Source: Pseudomonadota bacterium (GTDB lineage Bacteria; Pseudomonadota; Alphaproteobacteria; MED-G09). From it: DNA of 64,000 bases. The notes beneath the pieces were generated by a model, which worked only from the letters and a program-made list of their open reading frames with translations, did no database searches and was not told the origin of the DNA. The translations under genes were made by a program, and so were the position numbers. The DNA lies in assembly GCA_036163815.1 (NCBI GenBank), contig JAYZKD010000032.1:44853-108852 (forward strand). Direction: 5' to 3'. Numbering within the stretch: position 1 is the stretch's first letter; every line of letters starts with the position of its first letter. Below are positions 40,442 to 51,047 of this stretch, piece by piece.

Positions 40442-41546
40442 ATGCGTAATGATTTTTTAAAATATATTGATGATATTAAAGAAAATTTAAACCTATTAAG
40501 GGGGTATCTTTGACTGGGATGTTTCTTTAGAAAGACTAAGTGATTTAAACCAAATTCTTGAAAAAGGTGATATTTGGGAAAATAAAAAAGAAGCTCAAAC
40601 CATAATGCAAGAGCACTCCCAATTAGAAAATTCAATCAATAATTATTTAGATTTAAATAATAGTTTAAAAGAAATCATTGAGTTGATTGATTTATATGCC
40701 GAAGGTAATGAAGAAGGGGATGATTTTGATGGCGAAATATTATCATCCTTGATAGAACTCTTCGAAAAAGCTCAAATTTCTACAACTGATGCAATGTTAT
40801 CAGGTGAGGCTGATTCTAATTCAGCGTTTATAGAATTTCATCCTGGCGCAGGCGGAACAGAGAGTCAGGATTGGGCTCAGATGCTTTTGAGAATGTACAG
40901 TAAATGGGCAGAAAATAAAGGTTACAAAATTGAATTAATTGAGCAAACAATCGGTGAGGAAGCAGGAATAAAAAGCTCCACTTTAAAAATAATAGGTAAA
41001 AATGCTTATGGATGGTTAAAAACAGAATCGGGTATCCATCGTTTAGTTAGAATTTCTCCATTTGATTCCCAAAAAAGAAGGCACACTAGCTTTGCCAGTG
41101 TTTGGATATATCCTGAAATTGAAGATGACATTGAAGTAAATTTAAAAGAAACTGATTGTCGTATAGATACTTATAGATCTTCTGGGGCTGGTGGTCAGCA
41201 TGTTAACACTACAGATAGTGCAGTTAGAATAACTCATCTTCCTACAAATATTGTTGTTCAATGTCAGTCACAAAGGTCACAACATAAAAATAAAAGCACA
41301 GCTTTTGCAATGCTAAGAGCTAGATTGTATGAAGTGGAGTTACAAAAAAAGGAAGAAAAAGCTCAAGAAACTTTAGAAAATAAATCAGAAATAGGTTGGG
41401 GTCATCAAATTAGATCTTACGTTCTTCAGCCATACCAAATGGTAAAAGATCTCAGAACTAATGTAGAGGAAGGAAATCCACAAGCTGTTCTTGACGGTAA
41501 AATAGATAAATTTTTAGCCACTTCTCTCTCAAAAAAGATTACTTAA
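40442..41546 (+). CDS. prfB: Peptide chain release factor 2, programmed +1 frameshift
   Basis: ORF0 ATG 40442...CTT TGA at 40508-40513 is preceded by an SD-like AGGGGG. A +1 shift at CTT-U into the 40512 frame yields full-length RF2 with SPF/GGQ (SGAGGQHVNT). The ORF track shows only the downstream 313 aa. Confidence 0.85.
40499..40514 (+). promoter_or_regulatory. prfB: RF2 autoregulatory +1 frameshift site (AGG GGG TAT CTT TGA C)
   Basis: The canonical internal SD (AGGGGG), slippery CUU, and in-frame UGA followed by C, as in E. coli prfB. Confidence 0.8.
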
Positions 41547-42012
41547 GTTCTTTAATTTTTTCCAAGACTTCATCAACATGTCCTTTTACCTTAACTTTTT
41601 CCCATACGAATATAATTTTTAATTTTTCGTCAATTAGAAATGTTGATCTTTGGATTCCCATATATTTTCTTCCATACATATTTTTTTCAACCCAAACACC
41701 AAATTTTTCAAGAATTTTTCCCTCTTCATCTGAAGCTAGCAATATTTTTAAACCTTGTTTGTTTATAAATTTCTTATGCGTTTTTATACTATCTTTTGAT
41801 ATGCCGATAACTTTGGTCTTTAATTTATTAAATTCTTCTATTTTAGCGCTAAAATCTTTCGCTTCGGTAGTGCATCCAGGAGTATTATCTTTTGGATAAA
41901 AATATAAAATATGTTTCTTGCCTAATAAATCTTTAGTCTTGATAGTTTTTTCATTTGAAAGGGAAAGAGAAATGGCTGGTAATTTATTACCAATTTTACA
42001 TTTTTTTTTCAT
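41539..42012 (-). CDS. bcp: Peroxiredoxin Bcp (thiol peroxidase)
   Basis: AhpC/TSA fold with peroxidatic Cys in PGCTTE over 157 aa. Confidence 0.8.
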   Translation of the reverse strand: MKKKCKIGNKLPAISLSLSNEKTIKTKDLLGKKHILYFYPKDNTPGCTTEAKDFSAKIEEFNKLKTKVIGISKDSIKTHKKFINKQGLKILLASDEEGKILEKFGVWVEKNMYGRKYMGIQRSTFLIDEKLKIIFVWEKVKVKGHVDEVLEKIKELK

Positions 42013-42037
42013 TTTTTTTCCTTATAAATAACAATCT

Positions 42038-43651
42038 ATGAATAATTTACTTAAAAAAATAACTTCTTCATTATCATATATATTTGGTTTGCTAATTTTT
42101 AGCACAATATTTCTATTGTATGTTAGTCAATTCGAACCATTGAATCTAAGGCCATTGAGCCCAGTCTTTAATTGGTATATTAATGGTATTTCTTCAGTAT
42201 ATGAAAATTCTAAAATTACATCACTAATTCTAAAAATTGACAATACTAATAATGTAATAACAGTTAATTCAAATCACAAATTTTGGAATCATGAGAATGT
42301 TAAATGGGAATTAAACCTTAAAAGCGAAATAAATATCAATTTACGATTTATCAACTATATAGAAAAATTTATAGATTTTAAAATAATCACGGATAGCAGT
42401 TACAGTAATGATGATTTTCAAATTAAATACTTTTTCTTTTCAGGTAATTTAAAAGAAATTGAAGATAATTATAATGTTTATATATCAGGTAAAGCAAAAG
42501 ATTTACCTTTAGATATGATAAAGGATTTATGGCCAAACCATTTAGGAAAAGGAGCTAAAGAATGGACAGTTAGTTCTTTGTACAATGGATTAATTAAGAA
42601 ATTAGAATTTAATTCATCTTTAGAGATTTCTAAAAAAGGTTATTTTAATAAAGATCCAGAAATTAATCTTTTTTTCCTTTTCAAGGATATTGATACATAT
42701 TATTTAAAGAATCTTCCTCCTATAACAAAAACAAATGGAGTTGGTTATTTAAATTATGAGTCTTTTAAAATTGTCCTTAATGAAGGAATTATTGAGCTTC
42801 CTAATAATTTAAAAATTGATATAAATGATAGTGAATTTAATGCTTTCGATATTAAGAAAAGGCACGGACCTAGCCAGGTAAAAATCTTAGCTAAAGCAAA
42901 TACCGGAGATTTTTTTTCTTTGCTTAGTCAACATGAGAGAGTATCCAAAATAATTAATTTAAGTCGTGATAATTTATCTGGAAATGGAAGTCTTGATCTT
43001 GAGTTTAATTTCCCATTAAAAAAATCTATTAAATTTAATGAAACTGAAACGGATATTAAATTACTATCTGAAAAAATAATTATTTATACTAAAGATTTAA
43101 AAGAAAGTGTCATTGGGGATTCATTAGAATTAATCTTGAACAATCATGAAAATAAAGAAGGGGTTTTTTCAGGTGTATTAAAGACCGATGACTTAAAGAT
43201 AGTAGAATTACCAATTTTTGCTCAAATCCTTGATCTTTCTTTACCGGGTTTGAGTAATATTGGAGATGGAGGAAGGGATATAACATTCAGAAACTCTTTA
43301 ATCGATCTAGAGCTTTCTTATGGGGGTGTTAATATTATTGAGGCAGTTATGAAGCCAGAAAGTAATTTGCCCGTAATAGGAAATACCCTAGGATTGTCTT
43401 TAAGTGGAAAATATTCTTTTGGCGAAAGAAATATTAATTTTGATGGAACAATCGTTCCAATATCTTGGCTAAATAATCTACCCTCTAATGTTCCACTTCT
43501 AGGAGAATTATTTTCCGGAAGTAAAGATGGTGAAGGACTTATAGGTGTAAAATTTAGGATTCACAGTGATGAAGATGACAAGAATATAAAGATCGAGACA
43601 AATCCTTTGTCAGTTTTAACACCAGGTTTTTTGCAAAGAATTTTTGATTAA
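42038..43651 (+). CDS. Hypothetical membrane-anchored protein, possibly a short AsmA-family member
   Basis: N-terminal TM helix and Asn-rich predicted beta-rich periplasmic body across 537 aa. The C-terminal ...NPLSVLTPGFLQRIFD resembles the conserved tail of AsmA/TamB/YhdP-like proteins. Confidence 0.3.
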   Translation: MNNLLKKITSSLSYIFGLLIFSTIFLLYVSQFEPLNLRPLSPVFNWYINGISSVYENSKITSLILKIDNTNNVITVNSNHKFWNHENVKWELNLKSEININLRFINYIEKFIDFKIITDSSYSNDDFQIKYFFFSGNLKEIEDNYNVYISGKAKDLPLDMIKDLWPNHLGKGAKEWTVSSLYNGLIKKLEFNSSLEISKKGYFNKDPEINLFFLFKDIDTYYLKNLPPITKTNGVGYLNYESFKIVLNEGIIELPNNLKIDINDSEFNAFDIKKRHGPSQVKILAKANTGDFFSLLSQHERVSKIINLSRDNLSGNGSLDLEFNFPLKKSIKFNETETDIKLLSEKIIIYTKDLKESVIGDSLELILNNHENKEGVFSGVLKTDDLKIVELPIFAQILDLSLPGLSNIGDGGRDITFRNSLIDLELSYGGVNIIEAVMKPESNLPVIGNTLGLSLSGKYSFGERNINFDGTIVPISWLNNLPSNVPLLGELFSGSKDGEGLIGVKFRIHSDEDDKNIKIETNPLSVLTPGFLQRIFD

Positions 43652-44868
43652 TTTAACTTAATTATGACACTCCGTTTTTTTCCTAAAGAGATTTCTAATT
43701 CTCCATTCTTAGTAAAATTATCTATTTTTATTAGATATTTTTCATCTGTTATCAGAGTATTATTTAGCTTTATCGCATTAGATTTAACGAATCTTCGAGC
43801 TTCACTATTTGATTTGGCAAGATTTACCTCTTTATTTGAAAGAAGACTTAATAGACCATAACCTTCTTCAAATTTTTTTTTCTTAATGAATATACTCTTT
43901 TTACTTGTCCAGTCTGCATCTTTACCATGCACTAATTCGGTAACTTTTGTTGCCAATAATTCCTTACCTTTTTCAATCTCTTCATCTTTTAATTCTTCTA
44001 TTTCTATAACTTCTTCCAAATTTAAATCAGTAAAAAGTTTTAAGAATTTTCCTACATCTTCATTTTCTGTTTTATCTCTCCAATAGTTCCAGAAATCTCG
44101 CGGATGTGTGGAATAAGAATCTGAATCAGAAACGAAATTTAACCAAATAGCCCCATCTTCAGTTTTCCCCATTTTTTGACCGGATGATGTTGTTAATAAA
44201 GGTGTTGTAAGTCCATATGTTTCTTTACCTGACAATCTTCTAGTAAGGTCTATTCCGCATATGATATTTCCCCATTGATCAGATCCTCCCATTTGTAAAA
44301 TACAATTATGTTCTTCGTTTAATTTATAAAAATCATACCCCTGTAAGATCATATAATTAAATTCCAAGAAGGATAAGTTTTGTTCTCTTTCGAGTCTTGT
44401 CTTTACTGAATCAAAAGAAAGCATTCTGTTGACAGAAAAATACCCTCCAATTTCTCTTAAAAAATCAATGTAATTAAGCTTTTCTAGCCATTTACTGTTA
44501 TCGATAATTTTTACATTCTTTAAGTCGATAAATTTTTCAAAAACCTTTTTTATTCCTTCAACATTGTTATCAATTTCTTCAAAAGTTAACATTTTTCTTG
44601 ATTTATCCTTTAAAGAAGGATCGCCAATTTTACTTGTTGCGCCGCCAATTAAAATTATTGGATCATGACCAAAATCTTGCATTTTCTTTAACAGCAGGAT
44701 TTGCATTAAAGACCCTATATGGAGATTTGGTGCTGTGCAGTCAAAACCAATATATGCAGTGACTTTTTCCTTTAAAAAAACTTTATCCAGGTTTTCTGGA
44801 TCACTAACTTGATATACATAACCCCTTTCATTTATATGTTTAAGAAATTCAGATTTATATTGATACAT
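43648..44868 (-). CDS. tyrS: Tyrosyl-tRNA synthetase
   Basis: HIGS (HIGH) and KMGKT (KMSKS) class I motifs plus a C-terminal S4-like domain over 406 aa. Confidence 0.9.
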   Translation of the reverse strand: MYQYKSEFLKHINERGYVYQVSDPENLDKVFLKEKVTAYIGFDCTAPNLHIGSLMQILLLKKMQDFGHDPIILIGGATSKIGDPSLKDKSRKMLTFEEIDNNVEGIKKVFEKFIDLKNVKIIDNSKWLEKLNYIDFLREIGGYFSVNRMLSFDSVKTRLEREQNLSFLEFNYMILQGYDFYKLNEEHNCILQMGGSDQWGNIICGIDLTRRLSGKETYGLTTPLLTTSSGQKMGKTEDGAIWLNFVSDSDSYSTHPRDFWNYWRDKTENEDVGKFLKLFTDLNLEEVIEIEELKDEEIEKGKELLATKVTELVHGKDADWTSKKSIFIKKKKFEEGYGLLSLLSNKEVNLAKSNSEARRFVKSNAIKLNNTLITDEKYLIKIDNFTKNGELEISLGKKRSVIIKLN

Positions 44869-44892
44869 TTTATACCTTAAAAAGATTGTAAA

Positions 44893-45543
44893 CTAATAAT
44901 CTGGCCCTATTAATCTTGAATCTAAATATTTATTTACTTCATTAATAAGTCTTTCGGTTTTATTTTCAAAGAAATGATTACCACCTATTATATTCTTATA
45001 ATCAATGTTAATGTTTCTTTGTGTTTGTAATTTTTCAACAAGTCTTAAGATGTCATCTTTTGGCACTACTTTATCATCTTCTCCATGAATAATAATGCCT
45101 GAAGAAGGGCATGGCGCAAGAAAATTAAAATCATACATATTTGCTGGTGGAGAAATAGAAATAAATCCTTCTATTTCTGGCCTTCTCATAAGTAACTGCA
45201 TAGCTATCCAAGCCCCAAATGAATATCCAGCAACCCAACATCCTTTTGAGTCAGATACTTGCGATTGTATCCAATCTAGTGAAGCTGCAGCATCAGATAA
45301 TTCACCAACACCTTGATCAAATTTACCCTGGCTTTTACCAACACCTCTAAAATTAAATCTTAAAACAGAAAAACCCTTTTTTATAAAGGTATGGTAAAGG
45401 TTAAAAATAATTGGGTTATTCATATTTCCGCCAAATTGGGGAAGAGGATGTAAGATTATAGCAACAGGAGATCTTTTATCTTCAACAATATTCATTCTTC
45501 CCTCTAATCTTCCTTCGGGACCGCTATATATAACTTCTGGCAT
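44893..45543 (-). CDS. Alpha/beta-fold hydrolase
   Basis: Nucleophile elbow GYSFG and Asp/His candidates (HGEDDKVVP, GGNHFF). The probable start is the internal Met (MPEVIYSG). Confidence 0.55.
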   Translation of the reverse strand: MPEVIYSGPEGRLEGRMNIVEDKRSPVAIILHPLPQFGGNMNNPIIFNLYHTFIKKGFSVLRFNFRGVGKSQGKFDQGVGELSDAAASLDWIQSQVSDSKGCWVAGYSFGAWIAMQLLMRRPEIEGFISISPPANMYDFNFLAPCPSSGIIIHGEDDKVVPKDDILRLVEKLQTQRNINIDYKNIIGGNHFFENKTERLINEVNKYLDSRLIGPDY

Positions 45544-45601
45544 AAATTTCTTACCTTTTTCTAAATTAAAATTAACAAATAAGATCAATTAAAACTATTT
45601 C

Positions 45602-45636
45602 TTGACAAATTTAATCAGGAATTATAAATCCTGATT
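45602..45636 (+). promoter_or_regulatory. Candidate iscR-suf promoter with overlapping palindromic operator
   Basis: TTGACA (45602-45607) is followed by a perfect inverted repeat AATCAGGA-N8-TCCTGATT (45613-45636) spanning the -10 region (TATAAA/TAAATC). Confidence 0.4.
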
Positions 45637-45701
45637 TAAATCATCAATGCTTTCTAACACATACTCAGCATTTTTGTAATAATTTATATCAAGAGGATCA
45701 A

Positions 45702-46148
45702 ATGAAACTAACCACTAAAGGAAGATATGCAGTTTTAGCATTAACTGAAATAGCATTATCTGATCGAGACAAACTGACAAAAATTTCAGAAATTTCTAAG
45801 TCCCAAAATATTTCTTCAACTTATCTTGAGCAAATATTATCAAACCTAAAAAATAATGGTTTCGTAGAATCGTTAAGGGGTCCTAGTGGCGGTTATAGGC
45901 TAGCTATAGATCCTGATAGAATAAAAATGGGGGATGTAATTGAAGCTATTGAAGGAAAAATTTCAGCCAAAGGCTGTATTAATAAAGATGGTTCATGTAC
46001 TGGAGTTTCTGGAAGATGCTTAAATCATGATTTATGGGATGAGCTTGGAAAGCAGGTTGAACTTTTTTTAGGTCATATTTCTTTAAAAGATATTATTGAT
46101 AGGAAGGTATTGGGTCGATCAAGAGCTCCACTACCTTTTATGGACTAA
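45702..46148 (+). CDS. iscR: Rrf2-family transcriptional regulator (IscR-like)
   Basis: [19 protein letters not shown]-terminal wHTH and Cys ligands ([10 protein letters not shown]...C) over 148 aa, directly upstream of the suf operon. Confidence 0.75.
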   Translation: MKLTTKGRYAVLALTEIALSDRDKLTKISEISKSQNISSTYLEQILSNLKNNGFVESLRGPSGGYRLAIDPDRIKMGDVIEAIEGKISAKGCINKDGSCTGVSGRCLNHDLWDELGKQVELFLGHISLKDIIDRKVLGRSRAPLPFMD

Positions 46149-46173
46149 CTTTTTAATTTTAATTGAGGCTAGG

Positions 46174-47622
46174 TTGAGCAAAGAAATAAATAAAGCAAAA
46201 GAAAAGGAATTTAATGATCCTTATGAATTTGGTTTCGAAACTGAGATTGAATCAGAATTCTCTCCTAAGGGTTTAAATGAATCCGTAATTCGATTTATTT
46301 CAGAGAAAAAAGATGAGCCAAAATGGCTTCTAGATTGGCGTATGGAGGCTTATAAACGGTGGCTAAAAATGGACGAGCCTTCTTGGTCAAGCGTTAGATA
46401 CCCTGCAATAGATTATCAAGATTCCTATTATTTTTCTGCTCCAAAAGAAAATGAGAAGCCTAAAAGTTTAAATGATGTTGATCCAAAACTTATTGATACC
46501 TACAATAAATTAGGGATTCCCCTTAAAGAACAAGAATGGCTTGCAGGTGTTGCGGTTGATGCAGTTTTTGATAGCGTTTCTTTGGGAACAACATTTAAAG
46601 AAAAGTTAAAAGAAGATGGAGTAATTTTTTCTTCTTTTTCTGAAGCAGTTAAAGAACATCCTAAATTAATAAAAAAATATCTCGGAAGTGTAGTTCCGTA
46701 TTCCGATAACTTTTTTGCTACATTGAATTCAGCCGTTTTTTCTGATGGAAGTTTTGTTTATGTTCCTCCAGGGGTTAAATGTCCTATGGAGTTATCTACT
46801 TATTTTAGAATTAACGCTGCTGGAACAGGGCAATTCGAACGAACATTATTAATCGCCGATGAAGAATCTTATGTTAGTTATTTAGAAGGTTGTACTGCTC
46901 CAATGAGAGATGAACATCAACTTCATGCTGCTGTAGTAGAGTTAGTTGCCTTAAAGGGAGCTGAAATAAAATATTCTACCGTCCAAAATTGGTATCCTGG
47001 AGATGAAAATGGAAAAGGAGGAGTTTATAATTTCGTTACAAAAAGAGGAGACTGTAGAGGAGATAATTCAAAAATTTCTTGGACTCAAGTTGAAACAGGT
47101 TCAGCAATAACCTGGAAGTATCCAAGCTGTATTTTGAAAGGAAACAATTCTTCAGGTGAATTCTATTCCATTGCGGTTTCAAACAATTACCAGCAAGTAG
47201 ATAGTGGAACAAAAATGTTACATTTAGGCAATAACACAAAAAGTAGAATCATTTCTAAAGGAGTATCAACAGGATCTTCATCAAATACTTACAGGGGACA
47301 AGTAAATATTCACCCAAAATCTAAAAACTCTCGTAATTTTACCCAATGCGACTCTCTTTTGTTATCTGAGAATTGTTCTGCAACAACAATCCCATATATT
47401 GAATCAAAAAATTTAAACTCAATTATTGAGCATGAAGCTACTTCATCTAAGATTTCAGAGGACCAACTGTTTTATTGCTTACAAAGGGGTTTGAATGAAG
47501 AAGAGGCAGTGGCGCTTATAGTAAATGGATTTTGTAAAGAAGTCCTTCAGAAGTTGCCAATGGAATTTGCAGTTGAAGCACAAAAGTTGTTAGAGATTAG
47601 TCTTGAAGGAAGCGTTGGATGA
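46174..47622 (+). CDS. sufB: Fe-S cluster assembly protein SufB
   Basis: SufB/SufD family carrying SufB-specific Cys motifs. The ORF-track start at 46096 overlaps iscR, so the real start is probably TTG 46174 or nearby. Confidence 0.85.
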   Translation: MSKEINKAKEKEFNDPYEFGFETEIESEFSPKGLNESVIRFISEKKDEPKWLLDWRMEAYKRWLKMDEPSWSSVRYPAIDYQDSYYFSAPKENEKPKSLNDVDPKLIDTYNKLGIPLKEQEWLAGVAVDAVFDSVSLGTTFKEKLKEDGVIFSSFSEAVKEHPKLIKKYLGSVVPYSDNFFATLNSAVFSDGSFVYVPPGVKCPMELSTYFRINAAGTGQFERTLLIADEESYVSYLEGCTAPMRDEHQLHAAVVELVALKGAEIKYSTVQNWYPGDENGKGGVYNFVTKRGDCRGDNSKISWTQVETGSAITWKYPSCILKGNNSSGEFYSIAVSNNYQQVDSGTKMLHLGNNTKSRIISKGVSTGSSSNTYRGQVNIHPKSKNSRNFTQCDSLLLSENCSATTIPYIESKNLNSIIEHEATSSKISEDQLFYCLQRGLNEEEAVALIVNGFCKEVLQKLPMEFAVEAQKLLEISLEGSVG

Positions 47623-48371
47623 GCAAGAATCTATTAGAAATCAGTAATTTATATGTTGAGGCAGAAGGTAAAAAAATCTTAAAAGGTCTCACTTTAAATA
47701 TACCCGTTGGTGAGGTTCATGCAATAATGGGGCCTAATGGTTCTGGAAAATCTGTTTTATCGAATGTTCTTTCAGGAAAAGAAGATTACAATATTAAGTC
47801 AGGAAAAATAAAATTCAGAGGTAAAGACATCACTAAACTTCCTCCTAATGAGATTTCAAATTTAGGATTATTTATGGCCTTCCAATATCCCGTGGAAATA
47901 CCCGGAGTTACAATTATGAATTTTTTAAAAACAATCCATGAATCAAAGAGAAAAGCAAACGGTCTTGAGCCTCTTAATCCAAAAGAATTCTTAAAACTTG
48001 TTAGAGAAAAATCCAATACTCTTGGAATCGATGACGAGGTCTTAAAAAGACAGTTGAATGTTGGTTTTTCTGGAGGAGAGAAGAAACGAAACGAAGCGTT
48101 GCAATTATTGGTTTTAGAGCCAGCCCTAACCATTCTTGATGAAACCGACTCAGGTCTTGATGTTGATGCTCTTGATGTGGTTTCTGCAGGAATAAAAGGA
48201 ATGTTAAACAAAGATAATTCGTTATTGATTATTACACATTACAAAAAACTACTTGATAAAATAAAAGTAAACAAAACCCATATTTTAGTGGATGGACAAA
48301 TAATTAAATCTGGAAGTTATGAGCTTGCAGAAGAAATAGAAAGAGCTGGTTTCGAGGGTTTAATTAAATGA
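47619..48371 (+). CDS. sufC: Fe-S cluster assembly ATPase SufC
   Basis: Walker A GPNGSGKS, signature FSGGEKKR, and Walker [11 protein letters not shown] over 250 aa. Confidence 0.9.
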   Translation: MSKNLLEISNLYVEAEGKKILKGLTLNIPVGEVHAIMGPNGSGKSVLSNVLSGKEDYNIKSGKIKFRGKDITKLPPNEISNLGLFMAFQYPVEIPGVTIMNFLKTIHESKRKANGLEPLNPKEFLKLVREKSNTLGIDDEVLKRQLNVGFSGGEKKRNEALQLLVLEPALTILDETDSGLDVDALDVVSAGIKGMLNKDNSLLIITHYKKLLDKIKVNKTHILVDGQIIKSGSYELAEEIERAGFEGLIK

Positions 48372-49501
48372 ATAACTTAAGTTATAATAATTTAGAAAAA
48401 AATATGAAAAAGAATGATTTCTTGAATTCACAGAGATTAGATAAATATAAAAAATTTTTAGATCTTGGATTACCTAACAAAAGAACAGAAACTTGGAAAT
48501 ATTTTGACTTAAAATCTAATGCAAGAAATCTTTTAGCAAAAGAAGTAAGAGATTCTGACATCTTAATTGAAGATTTAGATATTAATAAAAATAAATACTA
48601 TGATCTAGAATCTGAAAATACTTCACCAGAAATTTTTTTCAAACTTAATAAATTTATTAAAAACGAATCTGTAATTGATATGAATCTAGCTTGTGCTAGT
48701 CAATTGAAGGTTTTGGATATTAAATCTAACCAGAAGAAACCTATTTCAGTCACTATTAAGTGTGAAAATGAACATATTTATTTACCAAGGATACAAATTA
48801 ATTTAGCTGATGGAGTAAAAGCGAAGATATTATTAAAGAATTTTTCTTCAAATGGATTCACAAATTTATTAATAGAATATTCCCTTGGCACGGGTTCTTT
48901 TTTAGAGTTATCTAGATTAAACCAATCTGAGTCATTATTGGTAGAGAGTAATATTATTTATCTTAAAGAAAATTCGAATTTTAATTTGGTTAATTTATCT
49001 TTACCAAAAGGGCTATCTAGGTTTCAGGCGTTTTCAAATCATATTGGTAAGAATTCTTTCTGTTCATCCAACACTATATCTATTCCACAACATAATTCTT
49101 GTGATGATATTTTGGTAGATAATGTTTTAAAGAAATCTAATTGTGAAAGTAATTCAGGAATAAGGGCTATAGTTGATAATAAATCAACATGTTCTTTTCA
49201 ATCGCTAATTGATGTTGAAGATTCAGTTACTGGTTCTAAAGCTGAACAAGATTGTAAGGCTTTTCTACTTTCGAAAGATTCCGTGATGAATGCCTTACCA
49301 AAAATGAAGATATATAATGATAATGTGGTTTGTAAACATGGGGCGACTGTAGGTAGCCTTGATAAACAAGAAATTTTTTATCTTTGCTCTCGAGGCCTAA
49401 CAGAAAAAAAGGCTATCAGTCTCTTACTTGAGGGTCACATTAGTTCATATATTGATAAAGATTCAATTTTAAGAAAATATTTACCAGGCGATTTCAGATG
49501 A
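48368..49501 (+). CDS. sufD: Fe-S cluster assembly protein SufD
   Basis: 377 aa, the SufB paralog lacking the Cys-rich N-terminus, in the standard position after sufC. Confidence 0.75.
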   Translation: MNNLSYNNLEKNMKKNDFLNSQRLDKYKKFLDLGLPNKRTETWKYFDLKSNARNLLAKEVRDSDILIEDLDINKNKYYDLESENTSPEIFFKLNKFIKNESVIDMNLACASQLKVLDIKSNQKKPISVTIKCENEHIYLPRIQINLADGVKAKILLKNFSSNGFTNLLIEYSLGTGSFLELSRLNQSESLLVESNIIYLKENSNFNLVNLSLPKGLSRFQAFSNHIGKNSFCSSNTISIPQHNSCDDILVDNVLKKSNCESNSGIRAIVDNKSTCSFQSLIDVEDSVTGSKAEQDCKAFLLSKDSVMNALPKMKIYNDNVVCKHGATVGSLDKQEIFYLCSRGLTEKKAISLLLEGHISSYIDKDSILRKYLPGDFR

Positions 49502-50718
49502 GTTTCGATATTAAAAATACCATAAAAGATTTTCCAATTCTAGAAAGGAAAATACAGGACAATCCTTTAACATATCTTGATAATGCTGCTAGCTCACAAA
49601 AACCATTAGAGGTTTTAAATGCAATAAAAGATTTTGAAAGCAATAACTATTCAAATGTTCATAGAGGACTCCATACTCTTTCTGTTTTATCAACGACAGC
49701 TTATGAAGAATCCAGAAAAATAATTAAAGATTTTTTGAATGCTGAATTTCCAGAGGAAATTGTTTTTACTATGGGAGGTACCGATAGCATTAATTTAGTG
49801 GCTTATTCTTATGCCGGTCAACATTTAAAAGAAAACGATGAGATCATAATCACAACTATGGAACATCACGCAAATATAGTTCCCTGGCATTTCTTGAGAG
49901 AAAGAAAAGGAGTTAAGATTAAATGGGTAGATTGTGATAAAAATGGAAACATTCTTTTGGAAGATTTTGAATCTACTATAAACCCTAAAACAAAATTAAT
50001 TGCTATCACTCAGATGTCCAATGTTTTAGGTTCAACACCCGATGTTAAGGCAATAACAAATATAGCTCACTCTTTTGATATCCCTGTTCTCGTTGATGGA
50101 TGTCAGGGTGTTGTACATCACAAAACTGATGTACAGGATTTGGACTGTGATTTTTATGTATTTTCTGGACATAAGACTTATGGACCAACCGGTACAGGTG
50201 TTTTATATGCTAAAAAGAAATATCTAGAAAAAATGCGACCTTGGAGGGGCGGGGGAGATATGATTAAACATGTCAGTAAAGATAGTATTTCTTACGCGGA
50301 TTATTCAGAAAAATTTGAAGCTGGAACGCCAAATATTACTGGAGCTATTGGCTTAGGGGTAGCTATTAATTATTTTGAAAGAAAAATTTCTGAAGGTCTT
50401 TTTGAGCACGAGAGTAAAATATCTCAATATCTTCATTCTCAATTAAATGAAATTCAAGACATAATTGTATATGGAGAAGAGAACATTGATAGTCCTTTGG
50501 TCGCTTTTAATGTTAAGGGCTCTCATCCTCATGATATATCAACAATTATTGATAACTATGGTGTTGCAATCAGAGCCGGTCAGCACTGTTGTGGACCTTT
50601 AATGGAACTTTTAGGAATTGATGGAACCGCAAGGGCTTCTATAGCAATGTATACAGATTACAAAGATATTGATAATTTTATAATTGCACTTGAGAAATCT
50701 TTATCTTTATTTAAATAA
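49498..50718 (+). CDS. sufS: Cysteine desulfurase SufS
   Basis: Class V aminotransferase with PLP lysine (SGHKTYGPTG) and the group II motif RAGQHCC over 406 aa. Confidence 0.9.
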   Translation: MSFDIKNTIKDFPILERKIQDNPLTYLDNAASSQKPLEVLNAIKDFESNNYSNVHRGLHTLSVLSTTAYEESRKIIKDFLNAEFPEEIVFTMGGTDSINLVAYSYAGQHLKENDEIIITTMEHHANIVPWHFLRERKGVKIKWVDCDKNGNILLEDFESTINPKTKLIAITQMSNVLGSTPDVKAITNIAHSFDIPVLVDGCQGVVHHKTDVQDLDCDFYVFSGHKTYGPTGTGVLYAKKKYLEKMRPWRGGGDMIKHVSKDSISYADYSEKFEAGTPNITGAIGLGVAINYFERKISEGLFEHESKISQYLHSQLNEIQDIIVYGEENIDSPLVAFNVKGSHPHDISTIIDNYGVAIRAGQHCCGPLMELLGIDGTARASIAMYTDYKDIDNFIIALEKSLSLFK

Positions 50719-50737
50719 CTTTAAATGATGAATTAAA

Positions 50738-51037
50738 ATGATAAGACACGAAGACATAATTGGAGCATTAAAAACGGTTTATGATCCGGAAATACCGGTT
50801 GATATTTATGAATTAGGTCTTATTTATGGTATAGAGGAAGAAAAAGATAATGTTAAAGTTAAAATGACTTTAACAGCACCTGGTTGTCCTGTAGCTGAAG
50901 AAATGCCTAAATGGGTGGAGGATGCGGTAAGAGGGGTTGAGGGGGTTAAAGATGTTAATGTTGAAATGGTCTTTGATCCACCTTGGGATATGAGTTTAAT
51001 GTCGGATGAGGCAAGATTAACCCTTAATATGTTTTAA
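50738..51037 (+). CDS. sufT: SufT/DUF59 (MIP18-family) Fe-S assembly protein
   Basis: DUF59 pattern (VYDPEIPVDIYELGLIY...LTAPGCP) over 99 aa, inside the suf operon. Confidence 0.6.
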   Translation: MIRHEDIIGALKTVYDPEIPVDIYELGLIYGIEEEKDNVKVKMTLTAPGCPVAEEMPKWVEDAVRGVEGVKDVNVEMVFDPPWDMSLMSDEARLTLNMF

Positions 51038-51047
51038 TGGATAATAT

